This document shows positions 52,801-64,000 of a stretch of DNA of 64,000 nt, piece after piece. The notes under the pieces are model-generated. The model was not told the DNA's origin. It made no database searches and saw only the letters and a list, made by a program, of their open reading frames with translations. A program made the translations under genes and the position numbers. Within the stretch, counting starts at the first letter, position 1, and every line of letters starts with the position of its first letter. Location of the stretch: contig JBITNC010000001.1 in assembly GCA_050084985.1 (NCBI GenBank), forward strand, positions 88,598,001 through 88,662,000. The letters run 5' to 3'. The DNA is from Nageia nagi (taxonomy: Eukaryota; Plantae; Pinophyta).

Positions 52801-54229
52801 TCAAATATATGATGGATATTTTCAAAGAAATGATGGTGCAAAACAAAGATGATATTCATACTTATAAAGAGATCAGATGTCTGTATAACAGATCCTAAGG
52901 AGACAAGAGATAATTCATATATCTTCGAACCTTGATACAAGTTATCAAGATCTAAATTGGTGTAAAGCGTGTAACGATCCTCATACTCAAGATCAATATT
53001 TATCAATATCAATGCCAATTAGCAGTAAATGGTGGAATGATTATGGATTATTATGTAGAAACTGATCTATCGAAGGCTACTTTCTTGATTGTTGTAATGG
53101 ACTACATGGCTAATCTTATCGTAAAGATAAGAGCTACTAAGAGACCCTTTTATCCTTAGAAAAGGATCAAGGTTCTACCATAAAATTATTCTCAACTAGT
53201 ATCCATGGTGGATCCTCAACATTCTCTAAAAATATTGATGAGCGATATCACTACCACTCATCAAGCTAATGATGTCAAGCAAACTCAAGAAAAGTCAATC
53301 ACATAAGTTCCCAATCAACCAAAAGATCTTGAAAGAGAAAAGATAGTAAGGAAATTAAGATTTCCATCATTAACTAGAGCCATAAGAGGAGGTTACTCAA
53401 TAATTAAAAAGAAGATATTCAGATAAAGAGAGATCTCCTTTTGAGAAAGTCTCATACAATATTATGAATGAATTGAAAAGGATTCCTTTAGGAGCATCAT
53501 TATTTGATGACATACAAATCTTGGGATAAATTGGCTTTGTCAAAGCAACTCTATTAATCCTTATAAAAAGGGATGATGTTTGTAATTGTAACTTGGAAGT
53601 GGCTGCAAAATTATTAGGTATGGGAAAAAAATACCCCCTCCCTTTTACATTTCCTTAGATTTACAAGGTCATATAGTACATAATTATTTAATATATTTGA
53701 AAGCAGCTATGACTATTATACCAAAAAAATTATCACATATCATAGGCCTAATCTATACCAAATATGCTATTGGAGTCCTTCAATTAGATGGAACAAATGT
53801 TAAAACTCTAGGGGTAGTAAAAGATGTCCCTATGAAGCTACATAAATATCCTAACATCTCTGTAATACAAGATATTATAGTGGTAGATCTTCTCCTAATG
53901 TTTAGTCTATACCTTTCTAGAGAATTTACTTCTAAATTATGGGGATACTTAGCCATGGACTATTCTCACATATCCATACCCTTTAAGAATAACAAATTTA
54001 AGATCCTGAATGAAGTTGCTTCTAGTTTCCATATTGAAAAGTAGCCCAAGCCAAAGTGTTGTACGAAGATACTAGAATGGTTAATTCCATACAAGAAGAA
54101 TTAGAGATACTTGATCAAGTTGCAAATAATGTATTATATCAAATTGAATATATTGGTCACAATAATTATTGCACTTATGAGTAAAATTTAGAGCTACCAA
54201 TAGCTATCAAAGAATGATTTAAGAAATAC

Positions 54230-54600
54230 TGAAATATAGCAAATGTTCTTTAACAAACCAAAATCCAATACTAGAGTAGGAGCCAAAGTTATTTTGATGT
54301 CACTTATAGAGGGAACATACATATTTTCCTTTAGATTAACTTGGGCATGCACAAATAATACAATCAATATGAAGCCTTAAGCTTAGGATTGGAGCAAGCA
54401 AGCAAAATAAATATTAAATGCTTAATAGTGTTTGATGATTCGGAGTTAGTGGTGAATCAAGTGATAAATAAACGCTCAGTAAAACACCACTACTTGAAAA
54501 ATACTACAATACAATTTGGAATGTATTGGAAAGTTTGATGCTTCAAATTTTAAAGCAATTCTAAGAGAGGAAAATGGTGAAGCTAATTTCTTAGCAAAAA
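54230..54600 (+). pseudogene. Additional (archaeal-type) RNase H domain between protease and RT
   Basis: FRLTWACTNN..YEALSLGLEQA...LIVFDDSELVVNQV...ILREENGEANFLA. Confidence 0.85.
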
Positions 54601-57192
54601 AAATGATCTAGGTTTGATACCATTGATCATTGGTTTCAAAGGAAAGGTATTCAACTTATCTTTAGACCCTCTATTCTAGAAAATGATTACTTTTGGTAAT
54701 TATTCAATGATGAAGATCATATAAATAAGTTATTAACTCAACAATTGATTTGTTCTAACAAATAAAAAACCTTATCTAGATCTTTCCATGAGGAGGATGT
54801 GATTCATTTGAAGAATAAATCTCTACCAAAAGGTGCCATCTCTTTTAAAAATATGTTTAATTGAGAAGAGAAGATAAGAAGAAGAATCAAGCAGATAAAG
54901 ATAGCTATAAATAAATTGAGATATCCTTGAGAAAAATTTTAAATGTTGGTTCCCATAATTCCTTACAATATATTGAAGACATCAAGGGGATAATGAAGGA
55001 ATTTTCCAAAATTATAGTTGATCTTATGAAATTTGAAAGTGTACAAGAAAGATATAATTCAACACACAATTGAATTAAAAGAAGGAGCAAGACCTTTCAA
55101 ATAAAATCAAAGGTTAGTGAATCAAAAAATTAAAACAATGTAAGAGGTACTAAAGCTATTTCAAGATGGCATTATATGTTCTATTAAGCACTCAAATTGG
55201 CTTACCAATCTAGTTCCAATCAAGATGAAAAATGGAGGCATAAGACTATGTGTTGACTTCTAAACCTAAACAAAGCATCTCTGAAGGATAACTATCTCAT
55301 GCCCCCCATGGAGAAAATCCTACATACTATTGTTGGGGTGGATTTATTTTTCTTTATTGATGATTTTTTAGGATATAATTAGATTTGGGTTAAAGATGAA
55401 GATCTATTCAAAATAGAATTTACAACTAAATGGGGAACATTCTTATTTTAGTGGATGCCTTTTGAATTATCTAATTTTGGATCTACCTTACAAAGATCCA
55501 TGGATTATGCATTGGTGAGTAATAAATAATATTATCTTGGTTTGTTTGGATGATATCACAATTTTTTCTCACCAAAAAAATCATCACTTACAATACCTCA
55601 ATCAAACTTTCACAAATTGTAAAGAATTTGGAATCTCACTAAATCCAAAAAAATATTTTTTTTCTTATGAATGAAAGGAATTTTCTAGGACATATGATAT
55701 AAAAATAAGGATGGTATATTTATAATTAAAGGTTAGAAGAAATATCCAAGTTAATGATACCATCTAGAAAAAAAAGTTACAATCATTTTTGGGATAAATA
55801 AATTTTGTTAAGAGGTTCATTCAATATTTTGCGAGAATAATTTGGCCATTACAAAACTACTCAAAGATCAAATACCTTTTGAGTGGACTATAGAAATATT
55901 GGCTACATTTGAGAAAATAAAATTAGCCATCATGATAGATTATATTTTAAAGAATCCATAATTCTCTAAAGAATTAATCATGTATGCTTATAAAGTAGAA
56001 AGAAGTATCGATGTAGTTCTGATTCAAAAGTAGGATAATCATGAAGAACATTCAATAACCTTTTTTAGTCAAACATTACATAATTTTGAAGAGAGATATA
56101 GTTTCATAAAGAAAAAAGTATTTATAGTAATGAAAGGTTTGATAAAGTTCAAGCACTATGTATACCAAAATAAAGTTCTAGTCCTTACTACTGATCCATA
56201 TGTAAGAATTACATTTTACATGGAGAGTTGAGTGAAGGAAGAGCCAAATGGATCACAAAAAATTTAAAATATGATGTACAAATTTAGCCTACCAAAGTAA
56301 TAAAGGGAATACCTCTCTATTAATAATTAGTTGTAGATCTAGTATCTAAGCTAATAATACTAATAGAAGATGAGATCAAAGAAACTAAACTTCAAGGAGA
56401 TCAATAGAGTTGGAATACCAAGCTTCTCAACTATTTTAACACTGAAAGATTGCCTAAAAACCTAGATGATCCTTAGAGGCATAGTTTTAAATTAAATTCA
56501 TTAAATTATAATATGATTGAAGATATTTTGTATAGAAAAAATTATGATGGCATGTTATTAATATGTATACAGCTAGCTAAAGTTGTCAGAATATTACATG
56601 AATTTTATCTAGGCATTGTCAAAGGTCATTTTTCTAGTTATACTACAACCACAAAAATCTTACAAGTTGGATACTACTAGCCATCAATTTATATAGAATC
56701 TTTTCATATTGCTAAAGAATGTGATAAATTTCATAAATTCATTGGAAGGAGGAGAATGGAAATAATATCGCTTCAACCTATCACAATTGATGAGCCATTG
56801 CAATAATGGGGATTGGATTTCATTGAAATGATTAATCCTTGTTCATTATTAGGTAATAGGTTTATTTTAAATGCAATTGATTATTTTACCAGATAGACTG
56901 AAATGGCTACAACTAAGAATGCATTCAAGATACCATTATGGAATTTATGGAAAAAATATTACTTATTTTGGTATTCCTCAAACTACCATACCTGATAATG
57001 GTCCAACAAAATTAGGAACAAGACTTTTAGAATTCTATCTGAAGTATGGAATTTACTAGAAGACTTCATCAAATTATTACCCACAAGGTAATGGTTTGGC
57101 AGAGTCTACAAACAAGAATTAACTTCAAATTCTAAAATGAATTGTTAATGAAAATTAGAAAGATTGGGATAAAATTTAGATCTTACTCTCTG

Positions 57193-57876
57193 TGTAGACT
57201 AAAAATAATGCATGAATAATAAATTCAAGCACTATTTTTATACAATATATTATTATAGAATATATCATAAATATGGCATAATTACAAACATGATAAATGA
57301 AGTACCTTCATTAGATTCAAATCAATATGAAATAATAGAGATCATACATCGATCACATCAACATACCATGATCAACAAACATCATTATCAACCTAACAAA
57401 AGCACATCGTCAATGGCCTATAATATGTAGATCCACAAGTAAAAATTGAAATGCATGAGTAATATGAAAGGTATAATAGATCTACAAGTAAAAATTGAAA
57501 TATATGAAGTAAGATGAAGGGTATAGTAGATCTAAGAATAGGTGGTATTACAAAACACCATTGTGGGTAGGATAAAATGATATTACATGTTCCAATCTTT
57601 CTCTCTAGCTATCTTTATATATCAGATTTGGTCCTTGTGTGTTGCTTTTGATATTCCTTTATAGCAACATTATGATCCTCTTTTATTCTTGAGATCATTG
57701 TATATTACATTGTGTGTGGTGTCTTTCTTGATATTTGACACCTCTTACATTATATAATGGTCCATTACATTGATTACATTGCCTTGGATATATTTTAACC
57801 CTTTTTACAATAAATATTCATTGATGCTATAAAATGAATTATTTAACATAAAGAAATTTATTTTTAGGCATCTACA
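57193..57876. mobile_element. Solo LTR (684 bp) inserted in the Tat integrase
   Basis: TGTAGAC...TCTACA termini; TSD ctctg/ctcta; removing it restores LWAN...SPYVLVYGK; internal ~49-bp tandem repeat at ~57427-57535. Confidence 0.92.
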
Positions 57877-58699
57877 CTCTAGGCTAATCAAGTTTCATAT
57901 AAATTTTCGATCAAAAATTCTCCTTATGTCTTGGTTTATGGTAAAAGAGAAATTTTACCGATACCTATTGAGCTCTAGACATTAAAATTGCTTAAGTAAT
58001 ATGAAATGTAAGAAATCAACTTAGTTGAATCAATGATTCTTGAATTATTATATTTAGAAGAAATCCAGAAATATGCTTACAAGGAATTACATAAGAGAAA
58101 TAGTGTGGTCAAACATTGGTTTGAAAAAAAGTGCTCATCCTCTATTTCATTTAAAAGGGGAGATTTGGTTTTAAAATGGGATGAAGACAGAGCAAAGGCC
58201 GACTGATATAGAAAGTTTGATTCACTATGGTTAAGATATTATATCATAGCATGAGAGATTTCATCAAACACATATGATATGGAATGAATGGATGGTCAAA
58301 TTATTTTTTTCACCATGAACGACCAACATTTGAAATATTATAGTGCAACATAAATAGTGTAAGCTATCATGTATCACTTGTATATTATATATTATTAATT
58401 CTTGTTTTATGTGCCCTAGTTAGGTTAGTTAGTATGTTTACATATTTTCCTAGGAGTCCATTATGGTAATATCTAAAGTGATTACAATTAATTACATTCA
58501 CATGATGTGTCATTAATACCTTTTTGAGTAGTCATTTGTTTTCCACAAAAATAAGTCCACTGCATTCACTACCTCCCAAAGCCAAAGTTTTAGATCTAAT
58601 TATAAGTTTTATAAGTCCTAATTCAAATTTTTTGAAGAAATTTCCAACCAATATGGGTAACCAGTAACTCCTTGAAAGCTTATGTATAGATTCTAATGT

Positions 58700-60930
58700 C
58701 AATTATTTAGACACAACCATTTTAGGAGGATATAGGAATGTCAAGAGTGAACCTATAGAATCTATTTCCTTAGAAGATCAATCCATATGGGATTTAACAT
58801 ATAATACTCCTACCATCCTTCCTTGTATACCCAAAAAGTGTCATCCCTATCCAAAGTTCATAGAGATACTAGACAAGCTTGTAGATATTGAAGCTCGCAT
58901 TGTAAGGAAATATGTAAAAGCCTTATTGGGTATGTATAAGGATTCCCTAGTTGTTGATTTCAAATCCATAATAGTGGAATCACTAGCTAAACTAAAGATT
59001 AAATAAAGTAAGATATAAAAATATTTATTACAATGATTAAATTCATATTATGTTATCCCTCTTAATAATACACTAAAGTAGTATGGGATTTTGACATTCA
59101 AACAAGATATGTGTAGATTTTTGACATTGATTACCATTCTATGTGAAGAAAATAAAAACACTATTCTTATAGAAAAGCACATAGCTATGGCTTCTTGATT
59201 CATCCAAAATTTCTATAAATATGGATTTGATTAGTTCAAATTTATATAGAATAAATTATCCAATTGAATGGAAAATAGGGTAAGGTTTCATCCCTTCAAT
59301 TATCATTCATATATTTATTGGTTGTTAGTACATTAACATCCTAAAGTCTTCCCAATCCTCAAGTTGAACAAAAGAGATAAAAATGAGGGGGGAGAAATAC
59401 TGGTAGATGAGTGGTAAATATGTTATATGTAGAAAATTTCTATTATGATTTTATGAGATTATTTTTGACCCCATTCATATCCTCCATAAAGAGAATCCAT
59501 TCCCCATCTCTCAAAAAACATGAGTATTACTTAAAGCCTATTTTTTTCCCAAAAGGAGAATTTTATTTCAAGGAGAATCACCCTATCATTTGACTATAAT
59601 TCTGTGGAAAAGCTATGAGGTTTCCTTTCTATTCTTCCAACTAGATTTTTGAGATGGAAGTTATTAGAAATATGGATTATATAGATATGGAATGGGTATT
59701 TGGTGCAATTCAAAGTTATAACTACTCAAAAGAGAAATTTCTAGTTGAACATCACCAAGAAGATGAAGGCTATGTAGATGTATGAGATTACAATTCAATA
59801 GCCATATGATTTGAAAGATATGTCTCAAAACTTATTACAGACCAAGAATGTAAAGGCTCCTAATTTTTAAAAAATGATAGAGGGAGCATTTGAAGCTTTT
59901 CAAAATGGTACAAAGGATGGCTCATTTCTATTGACATCCATGTTGAATGTATTATAGAGAGATATTTAACAATAAGCATATAAAATTGAATTACAATATT
60001 CTTCAATAGAAAATAAAAAGTTTTTTAAAGGCTTACAAAGGAGTTTAGAGACATCCAACTAGATGGAGCATAAGAAAAAATGTTTTTTGCAGTATCAAAT
60101 AAAGAGTAAGTAGAAATCCTTACCTTAGCACTATGAGAAAGATAAATAGTTCATTCATGCTTATGAAAAGCAATATGTAGTATGATAAGAGAAATAAACT
60201 CATCCAATTTCATACCCAAAAGATGTAGCCAAACTGAGTAACCTAGTTGTTGACCATAAAAGAAGATGGAAATGGGACTCGAGTTCAAATTTAAATTTTG
60301 ATGGATATGAGAGAAGGACAATCAAACCATGAGATAAGCTAATGGATTCAATTATCAATGTATATCAAAGTGATAGGAAAAAATCCATACAAACCAATGA
60401 AGAATACACTAGAAAGTTACTAGCAAAAGAAGAGAATGTTGTTAAACAAGCAACAAAAGAATAAAAATTAAGACTCACCATGACCAAAAGACTATAGGAA
60501 GAAGAGAAACAATAACAAGTTTCAAAATGACCTACCATGAGCATAGGATAGAGGAAGAGCCTGAGGTTGGAGAAGCCAAGGAAGTTGAAAAAGAAAATAT
60601 GGACCCTTGAAGAGGAGAAGCCTAGTGAGAAGCCCCAAAATTCTTTCAATGCTTTAGAATCTTTGATCAACTATCATGATCTAGAGGATGAAGAAGTAAA
60701 TGTTGCCTTTAAGTAAAAGAAAATGATTACAAAGAGTAGTGCCAATATAAAGAATAAGAATTCCAAATCCTCCATCAAATTTATGAGTTTGAAAGACCAA
60801 GTTACTCATATAATTGGTAAGCCTTCTCCATGTCAAAACCCTTCACTAATACTAATAAAAAATTCTCCATATGGTACAAGAAATATGAAGATTTTATCTT
60901 TAGATTTAGATACTTCAATCAAAATCTAAT
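58700..60930 (+). pseudogene. Extra sense ORF remnant downstream of pol
   Basis: Stop-poor stretch YRNVKSEPIESISLEDQSIW...PYPKFIEILDKLVDIEARIVRKYVKALL and a charged coiled-coil-like tail near 60400-60720. Confidence 0.45.
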
Positions 60931-61029
60931 ATAAAATAAAATATTTGAACTTGCATTCAAATGATTTTGGGAAACTTGCAAAGAAACCACCTGAGTCTTT
61001 TCCTATTATGATCATTTTGGGAATGCCTG

Positions 61030-61470
61030 ATCAATCATTAGTTTTGAGTTTGGTGATAGCACACTCATAAAGCCTATAAACTATAAATCTTACTTCATAA
61101 GGTATTTATAATTTTTTCATTCACTTTATATCCCTAGGAATAATATTAAAGGCTTTTTTAAAATCTATGAATCAAATAAATAGATCTTCTTTACTATTTT
61201 GAAAATTTTCAACAATAATTCAAAATGTTAGTACAGTATTAATCATTTAGTATTTGATTATAAAATTAGGTTGGCCTTTAGCTCTTAATTTATTTCCATC
61301 AAGGTAATTGCTAATTTTATGTTCTAGAATACTACCATAGAGTTTAAAAAGTAAATTATATGTCATTATAATTAGATAAATTATTCTTATCCCTAGTATT
61401 ATAGATAGGCAAGATTAAGCTTATAGTCCATTATTTAGGGAATCTAGTTTGGATATTTACAATCCCAAAC
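61030..61470 (-). mobile_element. RTE-type LINE reverse transcriptase fragment
   Basis: FPK*WTISLILPIYNTRDKNNLSNY...KLYGSILEHKIS...RAKGQ..F...FIDFKKAFNIIPR. Confidence 0.8.
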
Positions 61471-61899
61471 ACTCATGGTAAATAAAAATGTTACAAGATT
61501 CAAGTGGGTTTATAAGATAAATTATACTTACAAGGATTATATAGCTAAGATAATTATATTAATATCCACAAGTGAACAACAAGATCAAAGTGACTAGGAA
61601 GTACAACCAAAGAAATAAAGAGGAACTAGGGAAAAAAATTCATAAAGAAGAGATCTAATTGATAAATAAATAAGAAAATAAATACTAGGATGATGAGTTT
61701 TGAAAAAATCACCAAACCTAAACTCTATGGTTACAATGTCAAATTTTTCTTGATATCTAAGGTTGAAGGACTATTAGTGTCTATGAAAAAAGTGGTAATA
61801 AGAAATTACCTATATTATCTTGATAAAAAAATATAAAATAGTACCTTGATGTTAATCATAAATAGTTATGGAGACTAATATGAAGAGGTTTTTAGGTGA

Positions 61900-62250
61900 A
61901 TTGGATGATGATTCTTGATAAATATTATTGATGAATCAACATGTCATTCTCTATGTGAAAGCTAGAAGTATCTCAAGAGTACTTCTCCCCTAATAAGATC
62001 AATGGGTTAAAAGAAGGATGTGAATAACTTGGTAGTGATGGGGATCTCCTTTGAATTTCTATATCTATATGATATATATTTTTAAATATAAAATACCAAA
62101 CACCATCAATCAAGATACTAAAATAAGGTGGAGAGATAATTGCTAGAGTTTCTAAATAAAAAGTATAATATTCCTTAGATCTTTTAGTAAATGGGACACC
62201 TAAAAAGGGTGGTAAATGATGATAAATGCAATCCTCCAATAGGATATGGT
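61900..62250 (-). mobile_element. Probable L1 ORF1 fragment
   Basis: ORF 61973-62239: ILIDGVWYFIFKN...HPSFNPL resembles the ORF1 G-x-F-x-F...W-x-P-x-FNP signature. Confidence 0.45.
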
Positions 62251-62899
62251 CATCATATTTAATTCAAATCTAGTGTAAATGCATACTCTCATCTACCTAA
62301 GATAATTATTTAATTCATGTGACCAATGATATTGAATGTAGGAGGGGAAATAAATGGTGACATCAATTGCATAGAGAAAATGTCCTACATATAAGGCTAA
62401 CTTCGGGATTAGGGATAAATAAGGAGATATATATGTCACTAGTGTGTATTATTGATAAATATAATCATGAACCAACATATGAGTGTTCAAATTCAAAGGA
62501 TAAGATTAGGGGGGTGTGGGGGGGTAAGCCAAATTATGTTTAAAGGAGGAAGATGATTAATAGAAAGATAGATAAACTAGAGGAGCAAATAAATCTTAGA
62601 GAAATAAAAATTTTGATATATAGATGAGCATACATACATGATATATTCAAAGAGATAGTGGGTTAGAAATGGATACCTAGCATGTCTATATGTAGAGGTC
62701 CCCATAGATTTAAGTTTCTGAATTTATAGGATGATATTAAAGATAAATTAAAGATGAAGGGATGTAGTTGTAAACTTATCCTAGGTAATGCATTAGGGTA
62801 TCTAGTTATAATGGATTATATATTGATATATTAAAGTTTGAACCCATTCAAAGTGAGCCTAATAAGTGGATCATAGATTGGAAGCCCAAACATTGAACC

Positions 62900-63145
62900 C
62901 ATTGTGCAAATGGATCAAATAATGGTAAAGAGATACACGTTTTAACGAATATCCTAAAACTAGGATTAGAAATATTAGCAGTATGTAGATACCCCAAAAT
63001 TACACATTTTGAGAATTTATTGATATTTGAGCATTTATTGATATTTGAGCATTTATTGAAAATATTGAAAAAACTAGCAAATTTAGTCAAAAGCATAACA
63101 TTTTGTAGTCAATCAACTAATTGGCTAATTGGCTTGTTGATCCTG
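62900..63145 (+). pseudogene. RNase H-like fragment with internal 18-bp tandem repeat
   Basis: GSNNGKEIHVL...LGLEIL...N*LANWLV; atttattgatatttgagc repeated ~2.5 times at ~63014-63060. Confidence 0.35.
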
Positions 63146-64000
63146 TACTCTTTGTAATGAACCTAGAAATAAAAAATAAGATATGTATAAAATATCATTG
63201 ATGACCTCATTTTTCATTCTAATCATATTCTTATCTTGAGATTTTTGATTATTTTATGATTCTTATAGACCAAATATTTGAGAATTATAAGCAACTTGGA
63301 ACTCTATCATTAACATTTAAAAGGTTTTTACAAGAAACCTGCCCTTACATGAAATTCATCAATATTTCTCACCCCACTTTGAGGTGGATTAATATATAAT
63401 CCTTATTAATTCTTATTTTGTATTCTTATATTTCAAGTTCTTATATGTATTGGAGGCTATTTGGAGCATAATTAGAGCTATTGAATCCATAATTTATTAT
63501 ATATTTACTTGTTGCATTTATTATCTATATACAGGCATAATTTAGGTAAAAGTCATCCTAAGTCATTAGGGTTAAGTTAAGGTTTAGATCATATGTGCAT
63601 ACTCATCATTCTTTATCATATTTTAACATAGCCATAATTATTTATCATTGTGTATATCTTTTTTTGTTCATAGTTAAAGTTTAGATCATATTCTTTATTT
63701 ATAAGGTTTGAATATTGATTCATGTCTTAGGGTTTTATAAGATTCATTTTCTAAGCATACTTTGCATATTTGATCATTCCCTTTTGTATTTTTAGCATTA
63801 TCATAGCATAAATCATTATGGGTATTGTTCATCTTGCATATTTTATGAGTTGATGACCTTATTGATATTTTGGTATATGAACATATTTGTCATATATTTG
63901 TATTGTATCATTATAGAATATATTTATCATAGAATTTATCATTTTCATTATCATAGCATCAATCATTATTTATCTTTTTAGCATTATCAAGAATCTAGTG

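Larger units (their letters stand above)
50300..60930 (+). mobile_element. Tat-type Ty3/Gypsy element: gag-PR-aRNaseH-RT-RH-INT-extra ORF; decayed; LTR limits uncertain
   Basis: PBS-like tggagactctgc 51586 (similar to TGGCGACTC); gag YDGTG..AYEH...IEHEDDILKLLAMSF; WCKACNDPH knuckle; protease ORF 53697-54044; RT WLTNLVPIKMKNGGIRLCVDF...CLDDITIFS; INT WGLDFI...IDYFTR...DNG...YYPQGNGLAESTNK; ends NDQHLKYY (~58340). Confidence 0.9.

Noticed and set aside
1718-63096. Most short ORFs in the supplied track as genes
   Set aside because: They are 60-120 aa, compositionally AT-driven, or are fragments or antisense shadows of the decayed elements.

Overview
This is AT-rich, strongly CpG-depleted plant nuclear DNA with no intact protein-coding gene. 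The PPR motif style and retroelement types point to a gymnosperm, probably a conifer (inference). Most of the window is nested, decayed retroelements. (1) An old Ogre/Tat-like Gypsy (~13.1-22.4 kb, -) carries a complete Copia insertion (16096-20821, TSD CATAC, TA...TA termini). (2) A Reina-type chromovirus (~27.3-39.7 kb, -) has its 5' LTR split by a gag-only LTR element (32074-39373) that contains a 192-bp tandem array. (3) An L1 LINE lies at ~40.8-44.5 kb (-). (4) A Tat-type Gypsy has an extra RNase H placed before RT (~50.3-60.9 kb, +) and is interrupted by a solo LTR (57193-57876). RTE, L1 and Copia scraps make up the rest. Three things stand out. First, 7.0-12.6 kb is a 5.6-kb patchwork of short PLS/E/DYW PPR fragments in both orientations. 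Second, an unnamed ORF family (PLHQG motif) recurs head-to-head with L1 ORF1 remnants. Third, a CpG-retaining island rich in ACGT motifs lies at ~49.5-49.8 kb. All translations were read by eye across stops and frameshifts. Boundaries not anchored by an LTR or TSD are approximate.
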